Positions 20,901-30,300 of a stretch of 40,927 nt of DNA are shown piece after piece (position 1 is the stretch's first letter; every line of letters starts with the position of its first letter). Source of the stretch: a virus (taxonomy: Duplodnaviria > Caudoviricetes); IMG/VR virus record IMGVR_UViG_3300017913_001448, positions 1-40,927 of that record; one strand, given 5' to 3'. The translations under genes and the position numbers were made by a program. The notes under the pieces were generated by a model. The model ran no database searches. It was not told where the DNA came from and saw only the letters and a list, made by a program, of their open reading frames with translations.

Positions 20901-23900
20901 ACTGTTGACTTGTAGACAATGTGCTACCGTCATATGCATCGCATAGATCTTCTTTCGGTTGTAATTTTTGTGTAAGTTGCCAATTGTTACTGTCACTGGC
21001 TCTTTTATAAATGTGTACTTCACCGTTACCTTTAAATGGTAAGCCAACTGCCATCACAGTGTTACTATCGTTAACACTTAAACTGTGTCCATAGCCGTGA
21101 TACGTGCTGTCTAATTCGACATCACTTCTTACTATTTGCTGTTGTGCATATCTGGAATTACGCTTGTATACTGCCCATTTGCCCGTGTCATCGTCGTCAA
21201 GCCAAATTAATTCGCCTTCTTTTAAATTTGCAGTAACATTGTTATTTGCAGAAGCAATAGTTGCTTCTCTGTTGCTTGTAAAGATGCTGATTGATCCAGT
21301 TGGGTTAGCAACATCGTAGTTGTTCCAATCATCTGACGTTTCTTCAAATTCAAATTTATTTAGATACACCTTTGTAACTTTATAAAAACCGTCTAGTGTA
21401 GGATACTCATCTGTAGCCATATTATTGATACCAATAATGTCGTCTTTTGCAAATTCTTTAATAGTACGATTCACAGTTAATGTAACTGTATCACCTGCTT
21501 TTGCATAGCTTTCAACTGTTAGCGAAGTATTTTCGTGTTGTAAAACATCCCATGATTGATTTTCAGTTGCTACCCAAATATATGCATCTTTGTTTATTTC
21601 TGCAATATCAAATTCTAAAATTCCGTCTTTGGTTCCTACCGCACGATTTACATCATCACCTGTGACATATCCTGCTGTCTTAATGTATTCATCATTTGTG
21701 TATTTTGTAGGAATTTTATTTTTTGCATAATCTTCAGGCGCAAGGAATAATTCATGATCAGCAATACGATAAATCAAATCTGTAGGATCAACTGGTTTTA
21801 CTTGAACTAATTCTACCGGCTGTGGTTCTAATTTAAATTGTGCTTCATCTAATTGCCATTCAATTTCATCAAAATTATCTGTAGCACCGTATTGACTGTT
21901 TTTAATAGCCCATTCTTCGTAGAAATCTACGCTTTCTTTATTTGCGCTTGCTAAACTGTCAAACAATTTATCAATAGCATTACGTGTACCTTTGTCTTGA
22001 ATAAATCCTTGGTAGAATTTATATTGGCTTACATCGTCTTGTATAATATTGTCCAAATATTGACGTTTTTGATAACCAATCAAATGCTGTGCTAGTTTCT
22101 GTTGGCCTGCATCAAAGTTATCACTATCTAAATCATAAAAATCCGTAAATTGATTAATTCTATAATCAAAGTTTGTGTTTAGTGCAGGTGTAGGACGGCT
22201 GTCTAATTTTTTTTTTTTTTTTGGATTAAATTTGGCACTTCCTGAAATATTGTTTGTTGCGGTGTAGTAAAATTCTTTGTATTTTACAATATCGCCAATT
22301 ACGTAATCTTTAAAAGATTGCCATTCTACTACTTCTGCATTATCAAAAATAAAGCCTTTGATATTTAAACTACCGTTCCAATCTGTGCTTATATAACCTA
22401 GTGCTTTTATTCTGTCTTGTTTATAACCTGTAGTAGGTTCATAGATTATATCTCCAAATACACTAGTATTGTCAAACAATACCACATGTTCATTTTGTAT
22501 TAAAGGCAGATCAATATGATAAACACCGTCTGCACTTTCGTTAATATCTATTTCAAATCCGTTGCCGTCTCTATTAATTCTAGTAAAATTATAATCTAGA
22601 GGTCTACCACTACTATCCTTTACACTGTAATCATAAAATGGATCTAGAATGTCATCCACTACATTAAATTCTTTTGTAAATGATAATTTATTTGCACTAG
22701 GACTTACTGAAATCACTGTACCGGCAGCCCAATTCTGTGTTGTCCAAAACATGAACTGTTTTATACTTTGGCGCCAATCTTCAATAATCTGGGATTCTGT
22801 ATCATAGTAGTCAAATGTAAAACCTTTTTGTTTTAGATATGCATCATAACCAAGCATAAATTCTACTACTTCTTGCATAGTGTCATATACAGTGCCATAT
22901 GGTATTTGCGTTACTTTATTTTCAAAGTTTTTAATAAGTGATGCTGTTGCTCCGCCGCGGATAGGTAAACTTTTTAATGCCGCAAAGTTGTTGGTATCAA
23001 AAGTGTCTGTGCTAACATGTGCTACAGTGGTTCTATAGAACTTGTTTCCAAATCTTACAAATTTATCTTCTGTATATCTTCTGCCTGCTTCCCATTCTAC
23101 AAATGATTCAGATACTCCACCTACATTAATTTGCGGATCATTTTGCTGTGCGATACCTTTGTAGATATTGAACACAGGATTGTTTAAATCATACCCCCTA
23201 ACAACATATCCGTATGACTGCTTTTCTACAATTATACCGCTATAATTTACAATTTCAGTTGCAGTGCTTTTGTTTAAAAATACCTTATAGTTTTCTACAG
23301 GTAGAAACACATTACCTTTATTAAGCGGTGTTCTACTGTCAAGTATAAATCTTAATTTATTAACATCAGTAAATGCACTTAGTTTTAAACCAATCTGTGT
23401 TTTAAGTGTAGTAAGTTCTTGTTTATACTGTTCTACAGTAATTTCACTGTTGTCAATAACATAATTTACAATATAGTTTACTAACCCGCTAGTATATGTT
23501 CTTGTTTCATCAGTAATAGTATTTGTAAATATTAAATTTTGCACGGTAATAGGATTACCGTGATTGTAAATCGTCTGGCCACTTAAATTAGTTGAAATCT
23601 TACTAATGTCCCATCCTAGTCCCATCATCTTAGATGGCTGATTTAGAAGCCATGCTTTAATAATACTAAATGCGTAATCACTGGATTTCCTCCATGCATA
23701 TTCTGCAGGAGAACTATCACCAAAAACAAATCCTAATTTAGCAAACTGTTGTACAAAATCCTTAGCGTAATTAGATTGCAAAGGACTACGTAAATTGCCT
23801 TCGTCATCTACCGGAATATGATTAACTAATCCTTTTCTTGCAAAACGTTTATCAATAATTTCTGCTTTACCAGGTTCTGCTATTTTTCCTTGCTCAATGT

Positions 23901-26900
23901 CTTCCCATAAAATTAAGTTATTTTTTGTATAAGGTGCAGGTCCATATTTTTTATTCCACCAAGTAGGCTTAATTGAAAATCCTAGCATTTCCCATGGGTG
24001 AGTATGTGGACGGTCTGTGTCATATGCCTCTTTGTATACTTCTCTCCAAAACCCTGCTAGTTTTTCACCGTTAGGTCCTGTCATTCTTGAATAATTAAAA
24101 GTAAAACTATTTGTTTCCGAATAAGACGAATTAGTAGTGTAATCAACAGTCCCTAAACTCTCACTCCATTTTACAAAATCATTGACTAAAACTTTGTCGA
24201 TTTGTGCTTTTGTAAATCTAGTATCTCTATACTTGCTTGGAATAAAATCATGTATATCAAGGAAGTTAGTAGATTGTTGTTTAATATTATTGAAAATACG
24301 TTTTTCTAATTCAAGAATTAAATCATCCCTGTAATCTTCAAATGCAATTATCTTACTACCGTCATGGCCTTGGATTACTGTCTGTTCGGTTATGTAGGAA
24401 TTGTCAACATACTTTTCAGGTACAAATTTGGGATACAATCCTAGTTTTGACGGAGTAGGGGGAATATAATTTCCGTCTGTGCTTTCGTATTCAAAAATTT
24501 CTATTTTGTCGCCGTCAGTCTTTGTTGCTGTAATTACAGCAAATCCGTCATTGTTAAATGTATAATCTCTGCCATATACTAATTGATTACCGTTTTGGTA
24601 GATAGTAATTGCTTTGTTTGACAGTTTTGCGATGTCAAACACTTCACTTAAACTAAAAAATGTATTTTCTGTATCATATACTGTAAATTCTAATTTTTTA
24701 GCGCCACTATACGGAACCATATCACTAAAATAGAAAGGACGTTGTTTTGAATAGTCCTTGAATATTTCAGACAAAATTTTATCAACATGTACTTTAACTG
24801 GGCCATCAAAGCCTAGTGTTTCTGCTACACGCAAAAATTCTTTTTTGAATGATCTATATTCTTTCTGTGCAAACTCTATTGCTTTAATAACATTTGCATT
24901 TTTGTTAGTAATATGATACAAAGGTAGACTAATTGGACCACTATGCTGTAAAAAGTTTTTACCGTAGGGTGTAATGTCTCCTAAATTATCTAAGTTACTT
25001 GAACCAGGATAAGTGCCATTAAAATCTTCTAAATCCTCAATCATACTAAACACATGATCTGTAACATTTCCTAAAGTAAAAGTGTTTAGATCTTCGTTGC
25101 CTGTATTACGTGCTAAGTTGTTTGGAAATTCATAATATCCATTAGCATTTTTTGTTTTGGCACTTTTCGTCTTTACAGTTACTACATCACCTCTGCTTAA
25201 ATTAGAAGTGAACTTTACAAATGCTTGATTGTCCTGACGCAGAATACTGTAATCAAATCTGTGTTTGTTGTTTACAAAGACACTTACATTTAGATCTGTT
25301 AATTGACTGGCGTTATCGTACACATCAATTTCTACGCTATCTTTAGGATCATCAATCTCATACTGTCTTACAACTTTTTGCGTCGACATAGTTGATGCTT
25401 TTTTCCAGCCATTAGTGTAATCAAAGTTAGTTCTATCTTTGTATTTTCTTAGGAATCCATTTTTTGCTTCTACAGTGTTTACTTCGGTTGTGACCTGGTA
25501 GGTAAATGTGTCTGAAACTAAATCAAAATTGAATTCAATGTCACCTACGTTTTCGATAGCACGATATGATAAGGCAAATCCTAGTTCAGAATCAGTAGTG
25601 CCAGTACCGCGTTTATATGTAAAAATTTTAGTGCCAGAAAAAGTACTTGCTTCATACATACTGTCATCTGCATACCAAGTACCATTTTTATCATACATAT
25701 CAAATAAAGGTTCTTGATTTACCTTTGTCTTAACTTGTCCTAATTTCCAACCAGTGTCACTAAAATAGTAGTTTTTACCAGCATTTGATGTACCTTGTTT
25801 AATTAGAACAACATCATTAATTTGAGGTTGTACAACATCTTCTATAAGTGCAATCTGTTTAACATCACTATTGTGTTCAATAAATTTTACTGTGTAAATT
25901 TTGTCATTAGCACGTATATCTGTATCGCCTATAACAAGAATGCGCATACCGTCTGTAACAGATACACCATCGATAATATAACCATTGCTTCCTTCAATGT
26001 CTGAAAAAATATCAGCAGTAATAGTATCTACAACATCAATGTCTACAGTATTAGAATATGTTCCAAAATTCCAAAGTTTTAATCCTGCTGTAAATTCTAG
26101 AATAGGACGCTTTGCTCTCTGCGACTCATCAATGTCAGGAATATTTTTGTTTAATTCGGCAGTTTTTTCAATAACATTTTTATGAAACCATTTGTTGTTT
26201 CTTGACCAAGGATTTCTGTCAGGAGAACATCTGTTAATAGTAATATAATCTTTTTCTGCAGGATAACTTGCCGCGTTGCCAAAAGGTAATTCGTCAAACT
26301 CTTGAGCGTCAAATAATACAGGCACATCGTCAGAGTATGAATTATTAATTACAAGGTCTGTGGTTTTGATTAATTCTATTTTCTCGCCAACACCTTCAAC
26401 ATACCATGTTCCTTCAGCATATTTTTCCGGAGTTACGTCACCTACAAAATTAAGTTTCATTCCGTTTTGTAGTTTCCATCCTGCAACAGTTGTGTATTGT
26501 TCTTTACCTACAATCTCGTTATCAACGTCAATTGCTGTTGCTTCGTCAACATCGCTAATACGGATAATGCCGCCGTGATCAATATTGTTGCTATCTACAT
26601 AAAACAAACGATTAGGTGCATCTAAAGGAACTGTGAATGTAAAAGTACCTTCTTCGCTAATTTGATTTGAACTTAATCCAGAATCTTCATATAATGTGTT
26701 TGCATCTAATGATCTTGCTGTTCGGATACTAAAAACCATATCAGGTGTACTGATGTTGAATGTATACGTTTGTCCTCTGTATAATTCTATAGTTCTGTTA
26801 CGTTCTAAATTACCATTGAAGACAAATGCAGGTGTTTCACCATCACTAACACTAACAACATTCCAAGTGCTTTCAATATTCCTACCATTGCCTGCAACAT

Positions 26901-27375
26901 TAATGCTGTCTGGTCCGTTTGGTAGCCAATAGTATTCTCTATAATTTACAAGTTTATCCCAGTCTACATTTGGATTCCAAGCATAATATTCTGAACTGTT
27001 TAATCTATCATGGTTATCTACTGTACCGCCAAAGTTACGTATTTGATTAACATAGTCATTGTAATCCTTGTAAAAAGTTACGTTATCTAATAAGTCTTTA
27101 CTTACAACCGCAGGCTCTAATTGATAATTTTCTCTATCTGTAGAAATAGCAGGAATATAATTATCGCTAACTCTATAACTTGCTGTAGTTTTGCGACCGT
27201 AATATCCATTAACCTTTTCTACAACACCAGGCTGTAATACTTGGTCTAATGTAGCATCTAAAAAGTTTGCATTTTTAGGTGTTCTAAAATATTTAGGCAG
27301 TAAATCTTTTGTTTTACGGTTTCTTTTACCGCCTGCTGGCAATGCGCCTTCTGATTGATTATTTTCAAAAGCCAT
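11926..27375 (-). CDS. Giant (5149 aa) modular virion protein, in the gp7-like baseplate wedge position, adhesin-like
   Basis: 15.45 kb ORF coupled by TAATG to the gp6-like gene. Contains CBM5/12-like repeats, FG-GAP-like blades (FGESVAVSPDGKYLAVGSP, FGDSVSISADGNLIAIGEP), V....G.GY repeats and F..DGST..F repeats. Confidence 0.85.
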   Translation of the reverse strand: MAFENNQSEGALPAGGKRNRKTKDLLPKYFRTPKNANFLDATLDQVLQPGVVEKVNGYYGRKTTASYRVSDNYIPAISTDRENYQLEPAVVSKDLLDNVTFYKDYNDYVNQIRNFGGTVDNHDRLNSSEYYAWNPNVDWDKLVNYREYYWLPNGPDSINVAGNGRNIESTWNVVSVSDGETPAFVFNGNLERNRTIELYRGQTYTFNISTPDMVFSIRTARSLDANTLYEDSGLSSNQISEEGTFTFTVPLDAPNRLFYVDSNNIDHGGIIRISDVDEATAIDVDNEIVGKEQYTTVAGWKLQNGMKLNFVGDVTPEKYAEGTWYVEGVGEKIELIKTTDLVINNSYSDDVPVLFDAQEFDELPFGNAASYPAEKDYITINRCSPDRNPWSRNNKWFHKNVIEKTAELNKNIPDIDESQRAKRPILEFTAGLKLWNFGTYSNTVDIDVVDTITADIFSDIEGSNGYIIDGVSVTDGMRILVIGDTDIRANDKIYTVKFIEHNSDVKQIALIEDVVQPQINDVVLIKQGTSNAGKNYYFSDTGWKLGQVKTKVNQEPLFDMYDKNGTWYADDSMYEASTFSGTKIFTYKRGTGTTDSELGFALSYRAIENVGDIEFNFDLVSDTFTYQVTTEVNTVEAKNGFLRKYKDRTNFDYTNGWKKASTMSTQKVVRQYEIDDPKDSVEIDVYDNASQLTDLNVSVFVNNKHRFDYSILRQDNQAFVKFTSNLSRGDVVTVKTKSAKTKNANGYYEFPNNLARNTGNEDLNTFTLGNVTDHVFSMIEDLEDFNGTYPGSSNLDNLGDITPYGKNFLQHSGPISLPLYHITNKNANVIKAIEFAQKEYRSFKKEFLRVAETLGFDGPVKVHVDKILSEIFKDYSKQRPFYFSDMVPYSGAKKLEFTVYDTENTFFSLSEVFDIAKLSNKAITIYQNGNQLVYGRDYTFNNDGFAVITATKTDGDKIEIFEYESTDGNYIPPTPSKLGLYPKFVPEKYVDNSYITEQTVIQGHDGSKIIAFEDYRDDLILELEKRIFNNIKQQSTNFLDIHDFIPSKYRDTRFTKAQIDKVLVNDFVKWSESLGTVDYTTNSSYSETNSFTFNYSRMTGPNGEKLAGFWREVYKEAYDTDRPHTHPWEMLGFSIKPTWWNKKYGPAPYTKNNLILWEDIEQGKIAEPGKAEIIDKRFARKGLVNHIPVDDEGNLRSPLQSNYAKDFVQQFAKLGFVFGDSSPAEYAWRKSSDYAFSIIKAWLLNQPSKMMGLGWDISKISTNLSGQTIYNHGNPITVQNLIFTNTITDETRTYTSGLVNYIVNYVIDNSEITVEQYKQELTTLKTQIGLKLSAFTDVNKLRFILDSRTPLNKGNVFLPVENYKVFLNKSTATEIVNYSGIIVEKQSYGYVVRGYDLNNPVFNIYKGIAQQNDPQINVGGVSESFVEWEAGRRYTEDKFVRFGNKFYRTTVAHVSTDTFDTNNFAALKSLPIRGGATASLIKNFENKVTQIPYGTVYDTMQEVVEFMLGYDAYLKQKGFTFDYYDTESQIIEDWRQSIKQFMFWTTQNWAAGTVISVSPSANKLSFTKEFNVVDDILDPFYDYSVKDSSGRPLDYNFTRINRDGNGFEIDINESADGVYHIDLPLIQNEHVVLFDNTSVFGDIIYEPTTGYKQDRIKALGYISTDWNGSLNIKGFIFDNAEVVEWQSFKDYVIGDIVKYKEFYYTATNNISGSAKFNPKKKKKLDSRPTPALNTNFDYRINQFTDFYDLDSDNFDAGQQKLAQHLIGYQKRQYLDNIIQDDVSQYKFYQGFIQDKGTRNAIDKLFDSLASANKESVDFYEEWAIKNSQYGATDNFDEIEWQLDEAQFKLEPQPVELVQVKPVDPTDLIYRIADHELFLAPEDYAKNKIPTKYTNDEYIKTAGYVTGDDVNRAVGTKDGILEFDIAEINKDAYIWVATENQSWDVLQHENTSLTVESYAKAGDTVTLTVNRTIKEFAKDDIIGINNMATDEYPTLDGFYKVTKVYLNKFEFEETSDDWNNYDVANPTGSISIFTSNREATIASANNNVTANLKEGELIWLDDDDTGKWAVYKRNSRYAQQQIVRSDVELDSTYHGYGHSLSVNDSNTVMAVGLPFKGNGEVHIYKRASDSNNWQLTQKLQPKEDLCDAYDGSTLSTSQQFGESVAVSPDGKYLAVGSPQASNTRSFYKGEFVQTTAYTKASIVKYGPNLWKAIQNIDPSTNAVSFGSFDSYLGIVSDSDSSLLNLLQTADYKLNSRYVNHMLVRAPLRAYEGSAVNDKIVLKWNNYSYVNTQGDTVDVQPFDGEFSVIDGNFITGTHTIQKKVDNVLYVEDFVNIPSVGETISSDVASGEIVYVSNDLTNLVVYVSDVNGTFANSGSLFVGTLRIGDYIEDYQDATNTLGGYWFIDTPYYFTSADSSNVFIDPGHGLVYQDLLTVSSGRTNPNYYYNITDTKEAGRVAANLASRALNKNDQAAFMETLSYEGDPAGGPFVLQASDLWTVRVPATFSNTLNTGDQFYMVVDDVSGNTDFTDSTFSTALINKQHTVYDIWDGYIDFEFDNFNVVTGEPFEPIVGDFVTDAVTGARAEIVFYKRIFNDVRIYVKNVIGTFSAGSDYNDGNFIVRDRAVDRVMGTIKASSIAGTRIGKIVVLQEAQNFGVDVTTELTNFEYWIYDQTTLTGLPRDPNIPASNNRDWEIVKNLPITDSTAAVGSGFTNEGMFSIYNIGSTGQYAFSNAFTVPERTANAKLGDEIIWSKDNLRYNLLVKSKGDGTGSLPGSIHFIKHGKEGANTFEWQLDVNENYRGTFSSTTFYKQGEIVDYLNDLYQAKRNIASGSAFIADDWDTVDVGIAHTGKVPNLGVNELDGETFFDPEHGIREFATNFDCTPDGSVLVTSTKIQGNDSTGERVVNVYRRLPEGQYILSQNIVAPYVDLSTGSYTGFGDSVSISADGNLIAIGEPYNDALKENQGRVYIYKLSNGTFSNTQILDSPSGEQNENFGADLEFDGDSLAINSLQGDISVATTYDIHTSLLDTQPYVRDDKGLDLRSLDAGLVKGQEDVIDLDAIAEKAGVRENNDTIDVLVPLDQGQKVIHNGIVKQVIDNTYSTNWPVWEQGGDYSIGDKVIYQGKVYTPNAIRNDSTSAFDYSSWSEVITHGVRDRTNFPNGNFDASKFVSAVRNVVYDNYFIPVGTFVYYNGKTYVADKDTNYNPGTFTLADFTETTPAKIYAKNVLDTTSNEGLQTVFDNEFTKFKTVQSDSGAVYIYERINNSLIYAQEFLYEDPDSRFFGKNLLVKGNHVYTTMPRATDETTYQGQVIDFRKGIGSKIWTQHRTPIDQVDINNIKNVFLYNTKTNTLVEDLDYIDPVQGKIAGPAEAELSYKTYYDPATYSIGDSNVVVDEENSWGEKYAGSLWWDISATKFYNYQMNDIVYQTNYWGEVFPSTTVQVYEWVMSDLLPSEWNELADTNEGLSRSISGVTKYDDNVYSQRLVWDAVGGISRTKYFYWVANKRTVPNLESRRISAFDVKELIANPAGTGYKFVALMAKDRYALFNCADVMNDKEVALNLRYYTQDNHEQNIHNEYNIITQGVGTSRPSRDIERKWFDSLIGYDEKRRTVPDPVLSAKAKYGIQNRPRQSMFINKTEALKQIIERTNIVLKQNIIVDEFDISRLEENDPLPLMTGRSYDKKIDTYIDLQYVGVANRKTATLTPTIKDGKIQSVTITDAGRGYEDPSYVSGVTSRNRLGPSVTVTGIGTGAILETTIDEIGKITSVNIVDPGEGYDSTTTIDVRPFTVLIESDSNVSNKWSTYEYNGRKFNRKVSQRYDTRLHWDYVDWYAYGYNQFTEVDDLIDFSYQLSGLDNNIGDTVKISSIGSGGWLLLEKINNDQNEDYTVNYKVVGKQNATIQFNKSLYDTDLTRTGFDTDTFDTNFYDNQPVRETRIILETIRDNLFVDNLEDHYNELFISSVRYAMYEQPNLDWAFKTSFINAQHNVGELTQKVTFQNDNIDSFQDYISEVKPFKTKIRQYVSAYEKTENTNTSVTDFDLPPRYDFAKGAIVPSNATVKNDILTSLPNSSSEYPDRWWKDNVGFEITKIIVGEKGSTYSIPPIVTLEGGGGTGATAKAFLNGDKVSYIEVTNPGKGYTSNPDVVINGSIQDDGVEATATAVLGNGKARGTKVISKFDRVSGEPYILSVKKTETFVGAGSQQVFNLKWPMNLNATKVEIIIDNVEQLRSEYTFSNKQDETKSYTREKGQIVFTKPPKLGSAITVNYEISPALLNAQDRIETYYKPTAGMVGKDISQLMDGIDFGGVEVKSFDFSATAGFEAQGFGVEPYDLYDNTYEDIVITLDGSTIIMEWDDALDSGVTYNVYKNNVRIDDPNFVDLANPGANKNALMQSITGAGQTQLDLDTLGIASADGDVFIIRKTTSDGSFKPDAASYDTELSGGALTYSNAKGIDAAEIIVDGDNFITPMTTSGPEELVPGKIADTVDIRVVHRPDDGASNIASNFYTTDGTTVTYKIGIKPMNNAGVFVKLAGSTVTNYTVDYRNETITFATAPASGQVLSIVAVGESATKILDIDNFVADGSTNTFITNVFYQDNVTHFVNIDGVPITSRLFKTDASYGDDAGLFGIEFDTPPQSGNHVDYGIFYSASQTYSATSTQTFVGDGSTTVFTLESAITGGLPVQQNTIVTVDDSIKDAGYNIEFVMTNAREYFVDDWQFYANSIQNAEVEVYLNNELLTKNVDYRWNSNVGSVTLTSGIGSSGDELEIFVINDGEYAFGYIGIGEDSTRRFQPSRDKLYFDTAPALGAEIKVTTFSNHDAQDIKRTKYNFLSRRTLVPGTESYAEYYNLQNGLVKLRKEAEDSQYVWVIINGDRLVPNVDYYLTEDKDYLKIVKPISANDKIEYIEFAGEKLTQKFGYRIFKDILNRVHYKRIDDKSKYKLAQDLNWYDTRIELVDASGLATPDKKTRVPGVVFINGERIEYLVKQGNSLRQLRRGTLGTGVNTLIASGTEIEDQSPHNTVPYTDETITTVYTPDGTTGVFELDFTPGSVNEFEVFMAGRRLRKNAISKYQVDAKDSNGTFTTRFIDQDSPEGDVTAAAEFTLNGSTLTLYRTPEEEEKIVVVRRTGKTWTTDGTSLADAKNDIADFLKENTTELPK
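22207..22222 (-). repeat. Homopolymer A16 (coding strand), in frame, encoding P-KKKKK
   Basis: 16 consecutive T on the + strand. Other runs seen in the window are about 7 nt or shorter. Confidence 0.95.
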
Positions 27376-30300
27376 TAGTAGTTAAAACCTCCGCCTGTCT
27401 GCGTTGAACTGTTAAGTGTTGTACTTTGAATTCCTGCACTTGCAGTTGCACTTGAACTTACAATTTTGCCTGTGCTTTTTAATTGGCTTGCTGTAAGTGC
27501 ATCAATAATTTCTACATCTTGCACAGTTGCAGATGTAATAAAGATTTCGTCCGCTTCTGAACGTATTTCAAATAAACTTCCAAACGAAGCGTTATCTGAT
27601 TTAGGAACAATAACAATATTAACAATATCAGGAGTCAAGTCATTCATAATATGTGTTGCAAGTTCACTAAAGTAAAAACTTTCACCAAATTCCCAATTCT
27701 CAAGTGCAAAGAATTGGTTTATGCTATCAATTACTCTTGTCTTAATATCATTATCGTTGACAACAATCTCAGGATTCTTTACAATTTTAAATGATGCTTG
27801 CAATGCATCCTCTGCTTTACTTCCAAACAATGGTTTGTATTTTACCGGATGATAAATTACTTCGTCACTGATTGATTTAATTTTGTTTAATTCGCTACCA
27901 TAGTTGTAATATAACTGATCTGAACTAGGTGGTAATGGTTTATTTACTATGTCACCTGCTAACCACTGTCTATAACTATTATCATAATTTCTTGTTAATA
28001 GATACATATCCATAATATTTGTTGCACTAGGATCTATACGTTGGTTAGAATCTGCATTATGAACATAATGGAACTTCAATTTATTACGTCCTGTAAATCC
28101 AAGATAATCGTCAACAATAGCAACATTCTTTTTATCATTGCTTAATTTGTAAAATAAATTTGTATCTTGGATGTAAAAAATTTGTCCTGCATCATAAGCA
28201 CTGTATGCACCTATGCTACCTAATGTAGATTTTACTTGGATATTTACTGTGCTTTGATCTACGTATTTGTAGTCTTCTACACCGTCTGTGTTTGTATACT
28301 TTTGAAGGAATACAATTTTGTCAGCAGTGTTTGTGTTTTCGTCTACAATATCATCAAAACTTTGAGGATTATCAACAACTCCGTCGTCATCTAAATCAAA
28401 GAATCCTACTTCAACTTTCTTACTGTTGACATAGCCTTCTGCGTCTCTATATTCTTTAATAATTTCCCAATTATATCCAATAGTAAAAGGACTTGTAGAA
28501 TCAGGTTTATTATTAATGTTTAAAACTTCAATTTTGTCTTTGACAACTTTACCAGTTTTGTTGTCGTAGATTTTATCACTACTATCATAGTAGAATTTAA
28601 TCTCTTTGTCACTTTCAAATACATAACGCAATGCTCTATATGTAATTGTATATTTTTGGCCGTCAGTTTTAAAATATAATAACCAACTTGCATCTAAATT
28701 TTGATTACTTACATCGCCTGTTTTACCTTGGCTAAATTTACTAACTGTATCAATATTTTGATTTGTAACTAAACGCCATTCTCTAGTATCAACATCATAT
28801 CTTAAACCAAAAGCATTTGTTGCAAATGCTTGATCTACAATCTGTGTTTTTACACTGTCCGTAATTACGTTTGCAAGTTTAGGACGCAATTCTTGTAATA
28901 ATGCTTCGCTTGGAATAATGTCATTTAGCACTACAGGGCCTAAGCCGTTATCTGCAACAGTTGTACCGTCGCCACTAACGCTAATTACCTTTGTCCAAAT
29001 ATAAGAGGAAGCAAACGGATGATTGACAGGTCCTGCCATAAGTTTATTTTTATCATTTGTCATAAAATGATATCCTGTAGGAGCAACAAACTTTAAAAGT
29101 GTTCCTGGTTCAATAAACTTAAGGTTATTTGCTGTAAAAACACCTGTCTTAAATTTTGTACCGTCGCTGTTAGTAAAGTAACCTGTGCTTCTATTTGTAT
29201 CGCTTGTAGAACTTACCCATTCTGCTCCAATGTCGCTACCAAATATTTTGCTAAATTTTGATAGGTAGAAGTTAGCAATTTTTCTGTCTCTAATAATAGG
29301 TTCAATAACATTTGTAATTGCACTTTCGATATCGGTTTGTGTTACAAACGTAAAACTATCTCTAAGCGTATATTCTTGTTTATATATAATACCGTCATTA
29401 CCAAACAAATTAGTAGCACTGTATTTTCCAGTTGCATCAGTAAGATCAAAGTATCTAGAAATACCACTTGCTATTCTGTTAACTGTTTTTGCTTTTACAA
29501 TTTCTTGACTTACACCTAATGGTGCAACATTGTAATCTTCTGCAGTGACCATTCTATTTTGAGTGTAATATGTTGCAGGTGCATTTGTCTTAATACTGTC
29601 GTTAGATTCAGATACACTACTGTTACTGACAGTATATTTTAGGCTACATGTAAGTCGTAAACTTTCAGGTACACCAGTTTTACTTAGGTAAGGTATTTCA
29701 ATCAAAACGTTTTGCATATCTGCTGGCTTAACAACAAATGCTTGGTTAGCACTTGTTCTATACACAGCCTTAAATCGTCCTTGTGGTAAATTACCAAACA
29801 CGCCGTCACTAAACACAAAACTAATTCTATCTTGTACCCTAGTTGTAACAGCGTACAAATTTCTAATATTTTTTGTTAGGCTATTATAAATTACATTGTT
29901 GCCTTCAACACTATCAACCTTAGTCCAATACTCTACTTCTTGTCCTTGATTATTCAGTTTAAATAACCATACGTCCTTGTCATTGATATTTGTAGCATCA
30001 ATGTCAACAACTTGATTAGTACTAGGATTTGTAACACTGAATTGTCCGCTGTCTAAAGACCCTTGCTTAAACTGTACAAAAAATCCAGTGTTTGTGCTTC
30101 CTGCGCCTTGTCCGTCATTCCTGTATAGTGTTGCAAAACTATTACCAACAACTGGGATTTCTTCAATAATGTTACTATCATCTAAGTCACTGCTAACCAC
30201 TTCAAATGGTAATGAAGTGCCTTGAACATTTTTTGTGTAACTGTAAATTGGAATGTCTGTGTTAATAGCATTAAATCTATATTGCTGTGTTTTTACACCG

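Noticed and set aside
4008-27375. Diversity-generating retroelement acting on fibres
   Set aside because: No reverse transcriptase and no near-identical repeat pair differing at adenines was seen. Paralog similarity is at the protein level only. An element elsewhere in the genome cannot be excluded.
11926-27375. Intein, intron or homing endonuclease explaining the giant ORF
   Set aside because: No intein splice motifs or LAGLIDADG/HNH/GIY-YIG motifs were recognised. The length is accounted for by structural repeats.
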